Shown: positions 1 through 7,927 of the stretch, in pieces
Layout of the letters: the number at the start of each line of letters is the position of its first letter
Position numbering within the stretch: position 1 is the stretch's first letter
Position numbers and translations under genes: made by a program
Virus record (IMG/VR): IMGVR_UViG_3300048576_000047
Span: 1 to 24,654 of that record
Origin: a virus
Lineage: Duplodnaviria > Caudoviricetes
Strand: one strand, 5' to 3'
Length of the DNA: 24,654 bases
The notes under the pieces: model-generated
What the model saw: only the letters and a program-made list of their open reading frames with translations
The model's database searches: none
What the model was told of the DNA's origin: nothing

Positions 1-14
1 GCCCCTCTTGCCTC

Positions 15-1418
15 TTACTGCGGCGTCGCAGTCACGACGCCGGCAGTGATTATGTGGCCGTTTTCGGCTGGAACGTCTTGTTTAGGGCTATCGAATTCCA
101 CCCATGACAGCCCGGTAACGGCGTTCGCTGTTTTTTGGAGATCGGTGAATGCGAGCCGTCCTCCGATTGTCCGGTTTTGCGGTGCCAAAAGGTTGGTTAC
201 GGATGTGATAGCTGCGCTTGTAACCGCTTCCGGCGAATTGTTCGGCAAGACTCCGATGCGCATGGCGACGTTCAGTGGATCCGCGACAGCATCCAGGAGT
301 ATGTATCGCTCCTTCCACGGCCCGAGATGTCCCCATTCACCGCATACTGCCCAGATTTGCTGTTTCAAGAGCGTGCTCATGGGGCCGCCACCGTCCGGAA
401 CCACGTACAGGATCATGTGATCGTGTGGCCAGTATTTGCTCGTGTTCCGGTCGAGCGCCTGACAGTGGAGCACACCGGGCTGATGTTCCAGGAGCGCTGC
501 ATAATCGGGTGTTGTTACTGCTCTGCGTTGCAGTTGCACCATACGAGGTATCATGCTGCGGATCGATTCACGGCCTTCTGCCGCAGCTCCGCCCGTTGCC
601 GGCTCGATGTTGGTGCAGGTGATGATCCCGGAGTAACCGTCCGGCACACCGTATATAACGGAATGCCCGCAATTGCCGGATGCTCCGGCCGTCCGGATGT
701 AACGGAGGTTCATCGTGCCCGACGGCGGGAGCGAACCCTTTTTGCCGTCTCCCAGCACGAGCCATACTTCGTCCGTGTCGCCGTTTAGTTCGAGCAGGAA
801 ATGCAGATCGGCAGGCCATGACCGCCAGAATGAGTCGATATTCGTCCAGGATTGAGCCGGATCTCCGTGCGTCAGTTCCGTGAATCCGCCAGCAACACCG
901 GCTTCCAGTTTCAACCTGGGATGCTTTGTCCGGTCCACAATAGCGAAATCTGATGCAGTCAGCTCCTGCTCGACAACGGTCCCCTGAACAGCATTGACTT
1001 CCACGCTGTCAGATCCGGAGGGAATGGATACTGCATCCACGGTCACGTATTGCAGTCCGTCAGCCCGGTTGAATGCGGAATATTTCGGTATGGCGATAAC
1101 ATCCGATCCCGCTTCAGCCCGTGTGAGCCGTAAACGAGTGGACGCCGCAGCCGCCAGGGTAGGGAGATACCCGACAACCGTGCCCAGGCGGATAAGGCTC
1201 TGCCGTCCCTGCGCATACGCCAGCCATCCTTCGCCCGCAACGAAATCGATGTAGTGATGTTCCTTGTCACGAGCGCTGGCATCCAGCCTTGCAAGAGAAA
1301 TACCTGCATCGGAATGGTTCCGGTCCGTGTATTCGGGGAGATTCTCATCGAGGCCGGCGAAAAACTCCTCAAGCAGCGCTGAATAGTCACGTCTGGCAAA
1401 GTTGAACAATGGCGGCAT
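15..1418 (-). CDS. Baseplate J-like wedge protein (T4 gp6 / P2 gpJ / Afp11-like), 467 aa
   Basis: N-terminal RDY...LPEYTDRNHSDAGI motif, LGDGKKGSLP, Y.RTAGASGN, and TNIEPATGGAAAE...QRRAVTTPDY, all typical of baseplate J proteins; lies downstream of the gp25-like gene. Confidence 0.9.
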   Translation of the reverse strand: MPPLFNFARRDYSALLEEFFAGLDENLPEYTDRNHSDAGISLARLDASARDKEHHYIDFVAGEGWLAYAQGRQSLIRLGTVVGYLPTLAAAASTRLRLTRAEAGSDVIAIPKYSAFNRADGLQYVTVDAVSIPSGSDSVEVNAVQGTVVEQELTASDFAIVDRTKHPRLKLEAGVAGGFTELTHGDPAQSWTNIDSFWRSWPADLHFLLELNGDTDEVWLVLGDGKKGSLPPSGTMNLRYIRTAGASGNCGHSVIYGVPDGYSGIITCTNIEPATGGAAAEGRESIRSMIPRMVQLQRRAVTTPDYAALLEHQPGVLHCQALDRNTSKYWPHDHMILYVVPDGGGPMSTLLKQQIWAVCGEWGHLGPWKERYILLDAVADPLNVAMRIGVLPNNSPEAVTSAAITSVTNLLAPQNRTIGGRLAFTDLQKTANAVTGLSWVEFDSPKQDVPAENGHIITAGVVTATPQ

Positions 1419-1426
1419 TTATGCAC

Positions 1427-1519
1427 CTATACGACGTATTTACCAAGAAGGATTCCGAATATGGTCCCCACCAGAAACACGATGAAGATGTCAAAGCTCG
1501 TGATATTCGTGACGGTCAT
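1427..1519 (-). CDS. Small single-TM peptide, 30 aa (MTVTNITSFDIFIVFLVGTIFGILLGKYVV)
   Basis: ATG at 1519 preceded by AAAAGGAAG; hydrophobic core; paralogous to 1603-1686. The ORF track extends it to a less plausible start at 1615. Confidence 0.7.
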   Translation of the reverse strand: MTVTNITSFDIFIVFLVGTIFGILLGKYVV

Positions 1520-1540
1520 TGCGTCGACTTCCTTTTCACG

Positions 1541-1566
1541 ACGCCGGCACGGAGGCCGGCTGCTAC
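1541..1566 (-). repeat. GTAG-type REP-like palindrome, family B (GTAGCAGCCGGCCTCCGTGCCGGCGT)
   Basis: GTAG followed by a GCCGGC-6nt-GCCGGC hairpin; 24/26 identical to 3060-3085 in inverted orientation. Confidence 0.75.
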
Positions 1567-1573
1567 CGAAGAA

Positions 1574-1608
1574 GGGCAGACATCCCGCGTTCCGCTGGAC
1601 CCCTACAG
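1574..1608 (-). repeat. Degenerate family A REP-like element
   Basis: Shares both ends (gggcagac ... cccctacag) with the element at 24337-24364; the middle differs. Its GTAG supplies the TAG stop of ORF 1603-1686. Confidence 0.45.
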
Positions 1609-1686
1609 AACCCATCTCGCAACTAATGCACCGAATGCGGCTCCTAGCGAAAACACCACAGCGATATCAGTACTCGTAATGCTCAT
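1603..1686 (-). CDS. Small single-TM peptide, 27 aa (MSITSTDIAVVFSLGAAFGALVARWVL); not in the ORF track
   Basis: ATG at 1686 preceded by AAGAGGT; hydrophobic with a GxxxG motif; 12/26 identities to 1427-1519. Confidence 0.7.
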   Translation of the reverse strand: MSITSTDIAVVFSLGAAFGALVARWVL

Positions 1687-1708
1687 GTCACTACCTCTTG
1701 CACCCATA

Positions 1709-1768
1709 TGTTAAGAGTTTTTGGGGAGGAGCCCGAGGAACACTTTTTTGCAAAAAAGGGTTCCTCGG
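1709..1768. repeat. 60-bp interspersed repeat, copy 1, containing a 36-bp near-perfect palindrome
   Basis: Identical to 2732-2791. Palindrome CCGAGGAACACTTTTTTGCAAAAAAGGGTTCCTCGG (1733-1768) has one mismatched pair. Confidence 0.95.
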
Positions 1769-1807
1769 ATTCTTTCTTTGCCTTTCCTTCCCTCTTTCCT
1801 CTTGCCC

Positions 1808-2668
1808 TCATGCGGCCATCTCCATGAGGAGCCGAGCTACGCTGGGGCATCTGAGCAGCGTGCCCGGTTCCGGATCGCTGGTGATGTCCATAGCGTCGAG
1901 TGACATCCCTGCTTCGGCTGCATCTTCGAGGAACATGTCGGCAATAGCCCACCAGTAGCGGATATCTCCGTATAACCGGTGACTGATGAGCAGCCACGTG
2001 TCGCCGTATTTCACTTCGTAGAATTGATCGTCGGATCGAGGAGGCAGCGGCATGGTTTCTCTGGGCCGCAGGAATCTGATTCCTTCGATCTCCTGCGCAG
2101 GCATCCCGTTGTAGCGACTGCACCCGTCGTGTCCCTCGGAGTCGATCTCCCCGAGGGGATATTCCTGAGCACGTGCCTGCCGTGGAGTTACGAACGGGCT
2201 GACCAGGTTCGCTTCCACCTGGTTGCGGATGAATTCCACGAGGAACCTGACCGGCAGCTCGCCTCGATCTATTCCGTCACCTGTCGGGGACCACTGCACT
2301 CCGTCCGGGATCGGAATCCGTGCTCTTTTCTCCCATCTCTCGGTTGCCATTTCCACCCAGGTCTCGAATTCCTGAGCTGTCATTTCGTTGTTCGGATCGA
2401 AAGTCATGGCAAACAGGCGGCTACCGAATTCCGGGAGCGTGTCGTGTTCTCCTTCTCGCACCAGGAGGATGTGAGAGATCGAGTCTGCTATGTGATTACG
2501 TTCGTGCGGCGGAACCACACGGATCGTGTGGCGATCCGGGATGTATTCCAACATGACCGAAACGGAATCCGTATTGCCTTCGGTGATGCGGAACCCGCCT
2601 GTAATCGGGTCGATTTCAAGCGGAAACGCAAAACCTTTTCCGTAGAATGGCGCTCGTCTTAACAACAT
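1808..2668 (-). CDS. Fusion of a gp25/GpW-like sheath initiator and a LysM / gp53 / P2 gpX-like baseplate domain, 286 aa
   Basis: N-terminal GKGFAFP...IADSISHILL..EGE...LPEFGSRL...FDPN...RWEKRA is gp25-like. C-terminal YEVKYGDTWLLISHRLYGDIRYWWAIAD...PGTLLRCPS is LysM-like. Confidence 0.85.
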   Translation of the reverse strand: MLLRRAPFYGKGFAFPLEIDPITGGFRITEGNTDSVSVMLEYIPDRHTIRVVPPHERNHIADSISHILLVREGEHDTLPEFGSRLFAMTFDPNNEMTAQEFETWVEMATERWEKRARIPIPDGVQWSPTGDGIDRGELPVRFLVEFIRNQVEANLVSPFVTPRQARAQEYPLGEIDSEGHDGCSRYNGMPAQEIEGIRFLRPRETMPLPPRSDDQFYEVKYGDTWLLISHRLYGDIRYWWAIADMFLEDAAEAGMSLDAMDITSDPEPGTLLRCPSVARLLMEMAA

Positions 2669-2731
2669 CTATGATCTCTCTCTAGCTGGCATCATTCTTG
2701 CCCTTACAACCACGCGAGAATCATGCCAAAG

Positions 2732-2791
2732 TGTTAAGAGTTTTTGGGGAGGAGCCCGAGGAACACTTTTTTGCAAAAAAGGGTTCCTCGG
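2732..2791. repeat. 60-bp interspersed repeat, copy 2
   Basis: 60/60 identical to 1709-1768, same orientation, offset 1023 bp. Confidence 0.95.
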
Positions 2792-2812
2792 TGCCTTTCT
2801 TCCTGCTCTTCA

Positions 2813-3037
2813 TCAGCCCTCGAAGGGTTTTATGTCCTTGGTTGCCGCCCCGATCTTCGCTCCGAAATCGTTCGACAGGAAGGCCGAGGCTTTCCACTTG
2901 GGAACAGTGAATGATGCTTTCTCAAGGGGATCGTCCGGATTCGTGAATGTCACGTTTACCGTTTCGTCTCCCACTTCGATGGCCGCATTGGCCAGTAGCG
3001 CTGGTATCGCAGTTGTTTCTGCCGCTTTCTTGCTCAT
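2813..3037 (-). CDS. Hypothetical protein, 74 aa
   Basis: ATG with upstream GGGAG; co-oriented with the operon between the spike and gp25 genes; no recognised motif. Confidence 0.7.
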   Translation of the reverse strand: MSKKAAETTAIPALLANAAIEVGDETVNVTFTNPDDPLEKASFTVPKWKASAFLSNDFGAKIGAATKDIKPFEG

Positions 3038-3059
3038 GGCTCCCGCCTCTCTGCCTTCA

Positions 3060-3085
3060 GTAACAGCCGGCCTCTGTGCCGGCGT
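3060..3085 (+). repeat. REP-like palindrome, family B (GTAACAGCCGGCCTCTGTGCCGGCGT)
   Basis: 24/26 identical to the reverse complement of 1541-1566; intergenic. Confidence 0.75.
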
Positions 3086-3094
3086 TTCTCTAAC

Positions 3095-4063
3095 CTATTC
3101 GTTGAATTCCTCGAATGCCTTCGATAGATCGCTTCTCATCGCCGAGATCACATTCTCGACGGGATATTTCTTTTCCAGCTCCTGGATAATTGAGCGTGTC
3201 GTCTGAATGTCGCCTTTGTCGCCTCGCCATACCGCCTGCACTGCGCCGCATGTGATGTATATCCGTGGTGCTTCGGTATCGATGAGGATTGAGGGCCCGA
3301 TATCCCCATTTTTTCCCGCCGCGTATATTGCGAGCTTGCCTTCGCCGTCCGTTGCTGTGCTGATTATCCCCTGACCGTTCAGGTCCAGGAGCCCGAGAAG
3401 ATGCTTCGCACCTTCGATCAAATCCTTGACGCTCTTGGACTTGCCAGTTGCAACGAGCTTCGTCCCTCTGCGTTCGCCTTTCCGCTGCTTGGATTCTTCC
3501 CCTTCTTCCTCTTTCTCGTCTTCGACCTTTCCGGGCCCGACAAGGAAGAGACCGGAGCCTGTCCAATCAACGAGAGCAGCCTTTTCCTTTCCGCCTCGAT
3601 CATCGAAAAGTAGGGAATGGCCGGCTGTTGCTTTGATAATGCGGATTCTGGTTGTATTCCTCGGATCGCTCTCGCCCGCTTTTTTCGCCTCTTTCGGAAT
3701 AAGCTGTTTGTTGCTGCCTTCGCCCTTTTGGCACGCAGGCCCAGGGCTGCCGGCATCCGCGAATGGATCTCCGGAAACGAATTCCATGAGGATGGTCTGG
3801 CCCGGCTCCATGGGCCACCAGATACCTTGATCGCCCTCGGACTTACCCACACCGCCAACGGGCGCACTGCATATTTCGACCCAGTCGCTCCAATTCTCTT
3901 TTCCCGTGCTCAGCAGTCCCGGCACCAACACGCGGACACGGCCGCGGCCCTCCGGATCATTCACGTCCATCACTTTCGCGAGATGCCGAGTGCTGTATTG
4001 CACCATGAGATCGGGAGTCGCATCGAAGAGCAGACTGTCGTCGCCGGATTCCAACATGCTCAT
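3095..4063 (-). CDS. Baseplate spike, gpV / gp5 / VgrG OB-fold type, about 322 aa
   Basis: AKVMDVNDPEGRGRVRVLVP...SDW...GIWWPMEPGQTILMEFVSGDP and IKATAGHSLLFDD motifs. Start reassigned to ATG 4063, which overlaps the upstream TGA. Confidence 0.88.
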   Translation of the reverse strand: MSMLESGDDSLLFDATPDLMVQYSTRHLAKVMDVNDPEGRGRVRVLVPGLLSTGKENWSDWVEICSAPVGGVGKSEGDQGIWWPMEPGQTILMEFVSGDPFADAGSPGPACQKGEGSNKQLIPKEAKKAGESDPRNTTRIRIIKATAGHSLLFDDRGGKEKAALVDWTGSGLFLVGPGKVEDEKEEEGEESKQRKGERRGTKLVATGKSKSVKDLIEGAKHLLGLLDLNGQGIISTATDGEGKLAIYAAGKNGDIGPSILIDTEAPRIYITCGAVQAVWRGDKGDIQTTRSIIQELEKKYPVENVISAMRSDLSKAFEEFNE

Positions 4064-5190
4064 TGCCCTTGTTGCGAAGTTCCGCTTCCCGGACCTTCTT
4101 CGAAATCTTTGAGTTCGTTTCTGATATCCAACCCACGCCCTTTGCCTTTTTTCGGTTCCCCACCGCCTCTGTGCCGTTGAACCCGTTCCCGCACATGGAA
4201 CCGAATGCAATAGGGTTCCCCTCGTTCTATGGTGAGAGACGCCGATTGATTCGTCTTGCGCTGGCCGACATAGACTCGGCCCTTGTTCCAGATGTCCGTA
4301 TACATGACAACCGGCTGATCTTCCCCGGCCCCGCCTTTGCCGGTTCCTCCCCTGACGAGGGTGGCGTCAGTAGTAAACGGCTTAGCCTTTCCACCCTTGT
4401 GGACCACATGTTTCACATACCAGGTGCCGGAATCCTTACTTCCGAACCCGACCATATTGATGACCGTTTTTGCCCGCAATTTGGGGTGACCTCGCAATTC
4501 AAGCTCGCCGGTGAGGGGTTCCGATGCATGGCTGTTATGAAAATTCCCTCCTCGGTGATCGTCGCGGCCCTTGCCGTCCTTTGTCAGTCCCTCTGCAGAT
4601 GACCAGGAATGGCCCTGATCACGTTCCATCTTCGTTCCGGGAACCGAGGTTCCCTTTTCACCTCCGAGCGGACTCGTTGGTTGCTTGCCCTGTGATCCGC
4701 CGCTGTCGGGGCCGAGTATGCGACCATACTTCCTCATTACCTGCAGGCTGTTTTCGTTCATAACAGGCGGTCGCTTGTGCTCCGTTGTTTTGCCCGCGCC
4801 TATTTCAGGATTGAGTCCCACGGCTTTCAGCTCACTTTCAATGATGCCGGTGTTAGTGCCCTTCTTGTGGTTGCCCCGATGTTTTCCACCAGCCATTTTT
4901 GAGAGAGGGTCTCTGCCGATGACGACTACGGTGTCGTGCTCGTTCGTTCCGTAATTCCGATCCTGATCCTGCACGGGTAACGATGCTGCCGGGCTCAAGT
5001 CGTTTGTGTAGCCAAACCGGATCTCCATATCGTCGCCGGTATTGAACGCAGCCGCATACCGTCCATCCGGGCTCGCCAGTGTTGCTTTCAACTGCGACGC
5101 GGATTCCTCGTCGTCAATTACTTCCCAGGTGACAATGTCATCGCTTACATTCCGGCCGCCGATGGTAACGATGAATGCAGCATCAGGCAT
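4060..5190 (-). CDS. Baseplate hub, phage late-control gpD / T4 gp27-like, 376 aa
   Basis: GDDMEIRFGY, VVVIGRD, NENSLQVMRKYG and GHPKLRAKTVINMVGFG...SGTWYVKHVVH motifs; lies immediately before the spike gene. Confidence 0.85.
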   Translation of the reverse strand: MPDAAFIVTIGGRNVSDDIVTWEVIDDEESASQLKATLASPDGRYAAAFNTGDDMEIRFGYTNDLSPAASLPVQDQDRNYGTNEHDTVVVIGRDPLSKMAGGKHRGNHKKGTNTGIIESELKAVGLNPEIGAGKTTEHKRPPVMNENSLQVMRKYGRILGPDSGGSQGKQPTSPLGGEKGTSVPGTKMERDQGHSWSSAEGLTKDGKGRDDHRGGNFHNSHASEPLTGELELRGHPKLRAKTVINMVGFGSKDSGTWYVKHVVHKGGKAKPFTTDATLVRGGTGKGGAGEDQPVVMYTDIWNKGRVYVGQRKTNQSASLTIERGEPYCIRFHVRERVQRHRGGGEPKKGKGRGLDIRNELKDFEEGPGSGTSQQGQ

Positions 5191-5193
5191 GGG

Positions 5194-5637
5194 TTATCCT
5201 TTCCATCTCCACAGTTCCACGCGGAAGCGGCATTCGTCCGCCATGAGTGATGGGCTGAAGATCCGCCTGAATTTGGGCTCCACATTGATCACGACACACT
5301 TTTCCCTCAAGAGCTTTCCGAAGATGAACATCACCTTGGGCGGCTTGGCCGGGCCTATACCTCGTTTGATCGGAATGGTGAGGCTGTCCAAATCCTGCTG
5401 CATCTGCTTCGCATCCGACTCGCTCAACTCTCTCGTGGCAATCAGGTCGAATTGAATTACCGCCTCTCGTCTGTGGGAAAACTGCATGTAAGGCGAATCT
5501 CCGCCCTGAACAGCGAGCGTTGCATATTCCGCCCTGGCTGTCGGGCCCAGGAGTTCGCTCGGATTGAATTGGAACGTTACGGTCTTTCCGCCACCTTCCA
5601 GCGGTATCATCATGCCTTTCATATATTGTCGCTGCAT
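5194..5637 (-). CDS. Tube initiator (CIS-tube / P2 gpU / Afp7 N-terminal-like), 147 aa
   Basis: VTFQFNPSEL and PPKVMFIFG...CVVINVEPKFRRIFSP motifs; follows the tape measure gene. Confidence 0.8.
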   Translation of the reverse strand: MQRQYMKGMMIPLEGGGKTVTFQFNPSELLGPTARAEYATLAVQGGDSPYMQFSHRREAVIQFDLIATRELSESDAKQMQQDLDSLTIPIKRGIGPAKPPKVMFIFGKLLREKCVVINVEPKFRRIFSPSLMADECRFRVELWRWKG

Positions 5638-5650
5638 GTTGCCACCGCTT

Positions 5651-7672
5651 TCATCGGAACGTGCTTCCCGCTCCTCGCAGGCTGCGATCCCTATTTTCCT
5701 GAATGTTCTTTTCCACCCGCGGCGTCACTTTAGCTGCTATGTCATCACCATCGAGCTGTATACTGTTGTTCACGGTGACATCGGTCTTGTTGTCCAGATA
5801 TTGCTGATACATCTGGCCTGCCTGTTGATCCAATAGGCTGGGTGGCATCGCACGTGTCCGCATTTTCGGCTCAGGAGTGAAGGTGTCTCCGAGACTCTCA
5901 TAAGGCGAGGCCGCTTTGTCTGTGAGAACCAGCGACTTTTCTCTTTCGCCGCTTCCCATGTAGGTCGTGCCGCCAAGCCACGTCGGGGCATACTTCTCTC
6001 TGACACCAGCTACAGCAGTCCCCCATCTGTCAATCGTCTGGACCGCCGTCGCTATTTGCCCCATGAGTTGCGCTATTGGCGGAAGCGCTTCCGCCATTTT
6101 TCCGAGACTTGTTGTCAGCGAACTGAGGTTGGTTCCTGCAATTTGACCGAATGATTGCCCGATCTCTTTCCATTTCTCCGGATTTCCGCCTTCCAGCAGA
6201 TCAACGATACGGGTCATCCAGCCCGTTACGTCAGGTAGCCCTCCGAATGCTTCTGCAAGGCCCGACTTGAATCCCGCCGCAAAAGGCCGCAGATTCTGGA
6301 TGATTTGATCGGCCCGTTGGTCCCAGAGATTGGCTATACGGTCGAAAAACTGCCCGTAACCCTCGAATTGATCTGCAATTACTCCCTGAAAGGATGCCTT
6401 GACAGCTCGGCTTGCATCTTCCGCCCGCTGCATGAGAATGTCATACTTGGCAGTCCAGCTCTGAAAACTCTCGTCAATTTTCTTGCGACTTTTGAGCGGG
6501 TCCGCTTCTTCCGTGGTTTTCAATAACTTTTGATATTCTCCGGAGGCATGGGCTTTCGCCAAAAGTGGGAGCCCCTGCACGGCCGTCTCACCGAACGCAT
6601 CCGACAGAGCTTTGACGGCATCGATTGCCCCGGCATTTTTCAGTCTGTTCAATTCGGTGAGTGCTTTGTTCAGATAACGCCAGTATTCTTCGGGGTCCCG
6701 GGCTATCATGCGAGATGCATGCGCAGCGTATCTCTCCTGTTCGCCTTTTTCCTGCTCATGCAGATCTTTTCTTCGTTCATCGTCCAGATCCGCTTCACTC
6801 CCAACTCCCCATCTCTGGAGCACTCTTGCCTTTCCTATTCCAGCCAGGAGTTTCCCATAGCCCTCGCCTTGTTTTGCGAAGACATTCTTGAGCAAGTCTC
6901 CGGACCGCTCGTGCAAAACGCCACCGACAATACCCAAATCGGACAGCATTGCAGCGGGGCTCTGGCCCATCTGAGAATAGAGCGCTGCTATGTGCCCCAT
7001 TCCTATTTCAATGTCGTGGCCTCTTGCCTTTGTCTGGGAGAGAACGGTCTGCATCTGAGCGCTGAATTTCTCCATCATCGTAAGCTGTTCTTCTTCAGAC
7101 TTGCCGAGCCCATAGCTGCCCGTAAACGTCCGCATAAGATTGCTCGCACCGCTCAGAGACATGCTCGGTCCCAGAGCTTTTGCCATATAGAGTGCACTCT
7201 CCAATCCACGTTTGTTCAACTCAGGCTTGTCTGGGGCAAATGTCGATTGCATATCATATATGCTGGTGAGATAATCCCCACCGGCCACTCCTGGTATGCG
7301 TCTCCTTAGCTCCTTCAGATGATCTCGGTATTGCCGCAGTGCTTCTGGAGAGGCGTCGTATTGCCGCAGAAAATCCTTTGCACGATCCATTTCAGGATTT
7401 CCCGCTACCCAACCACCCAGAACAGAGAAGGCTTTGCCGGTAACGAGTCCGGCCGCTGCAACCTTGGCAACGCCGAATGCTCTCGAGACTCGCTGGCTCA
7501 TCTTTTCGGTCGCACGGGCCACGCGTTCGAGATTCCGTTCGGCCTGGGGAACGTCCGATCCTATCTGGCGTGACAGGCCGCGCAGACCGGTCCCCATCCT
7601 GTTGAACAAGCGATCTACACCCTCAGTGCCCTGTAACCCGAACTTTATGCCGATTTCATAGAGCGTTCCCAT
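5651..7672 (-). CDS. Tail tape measure protein, 673 aa
   Basis: Long, Ala/Gly-rich, predicted helical protein ending in VTVNNSIQLDGDDIAAKV; located after the chaperones and before the tube initiator. Confidence 0.85.
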   Translation of the reverse strand: MGTLYEIGIKFGLQGTEGVDRLFNRMGTGLRGLSRQIGSDVPQAERNLERVARATEKMSQRVSRAFGVAKVAAAGLVTGKAFSVLGGWVAGNPEMDRAKDFLRQYDASPEALRQYRDHLKELRRRIPGVAGGDYLTSIYDMQSTFAPDKPELNKRGLESALYMAKALGPSMSLSGASNLMRTFTGSYGLGKSEEEQLTMMEKFSAQMQTVLSQTKARGHDIEIGMGHIAALYSQMGQSPAAMLSDLGIVGGVLHERSGDLLKNVFAKQGEGYGKLLAGIGKARVLQRWGVGSEADLDDERRKDLHEQEKGEQERYAAHASRMIARDPEEYWRYLNKALTELNRLKNAGAIDAVKALSDAFGETAVQGLPLLAKAHASGEYQKLLKTTEEADPLKSRKKIDESFQSWTAKYDILMQRAEDASRAVKASFQGVIADQFEGYGQFFDRIANLWDQRADQIIQNLRPFAAGFKSGLAEAFGGLPDVTGWMTRIVDLLEGGNPEKWKEIGQSFGQIAGTNLSSLTTSLGKMAEALPPIAQLMGQIATAVQTIDRWGTAVAGVREKYAPTWLGGTTYMGSGEREKSLVLTDKAASPYESLGDTFTPEPKMRTRAMPPSLLDQQAGQMYQQYLDNKTDVTVNNSIQLDGDDIAAKVTPRVEKNIQENRDRSLRGAGSTFR

Positions 7673-7675
7673 GGA

Positions 7676-7927
7676 TCATCTGCCCATTTTCGACTTAATC
7701 TGCTCTTCTTCGTAGTCGTATTGATCCAAAATCCTTTTCCACACTGACCGCCTGACGCTTGACGGCCACGTCATCACCCTCAGAAAGTCCTGCTTCAAGT
7801 GGTACGCCACATTGAATGCCTCCTGTTCCACGGAGTCAGCATCGCCGAAGAATCGGAACAGGTCCCACGAGATCCAGCCGAGCAACGCCGCTCTATTTGC
7901 GACTATTAGACGATTAAGCCCGGCCAT
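7676..7927 (-). CDS. Second tail assembly chaperone (GpE'/gpT-like or DUF6760-like); start uncertain, possibly a frameshift extension
   Basis: EQEAFNVAYHLK...VMTWPSSVRRSVWKRI resembles pre-TMP small chaperones; overlaps the upstream gene in the -1 frame. Confidence 0.65.
   Translation of the reverse strand: MAGLNRLIVANRAALLGWISWDLFRFFGDADSVEQEAFNVAYHLKQDFLRVMTWPSSVRRSVWKRILDQYDYEEEQIKSKMGR

Noticed and set aside
1683-2123. 146-aa minus ORF and the plus ORFs 1698-1958 and 2698-2910 with shared peptide text
   Set aside because: The similarity arises only from translating the 60-bp repeat; they overlap the real gp25-LysM gene or intergenic DNA.
1709-2791. CRISPR array or IS ends suggested by the palindromic repeats
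   Set aside because: Only two 60-bp copies about 1 kb apart enclosing a structural gene; no spacers, cas genes or transposase.
4064-4210. ORF-track N-terminal extensions (spike to 4210, capsid to 16049, terminase to 22076, chaperone to 8724, tube to 9269)
   Set aside because: They overlap upstream genes or hairpins; downstream starts have better RBSs or stop/start coupling.
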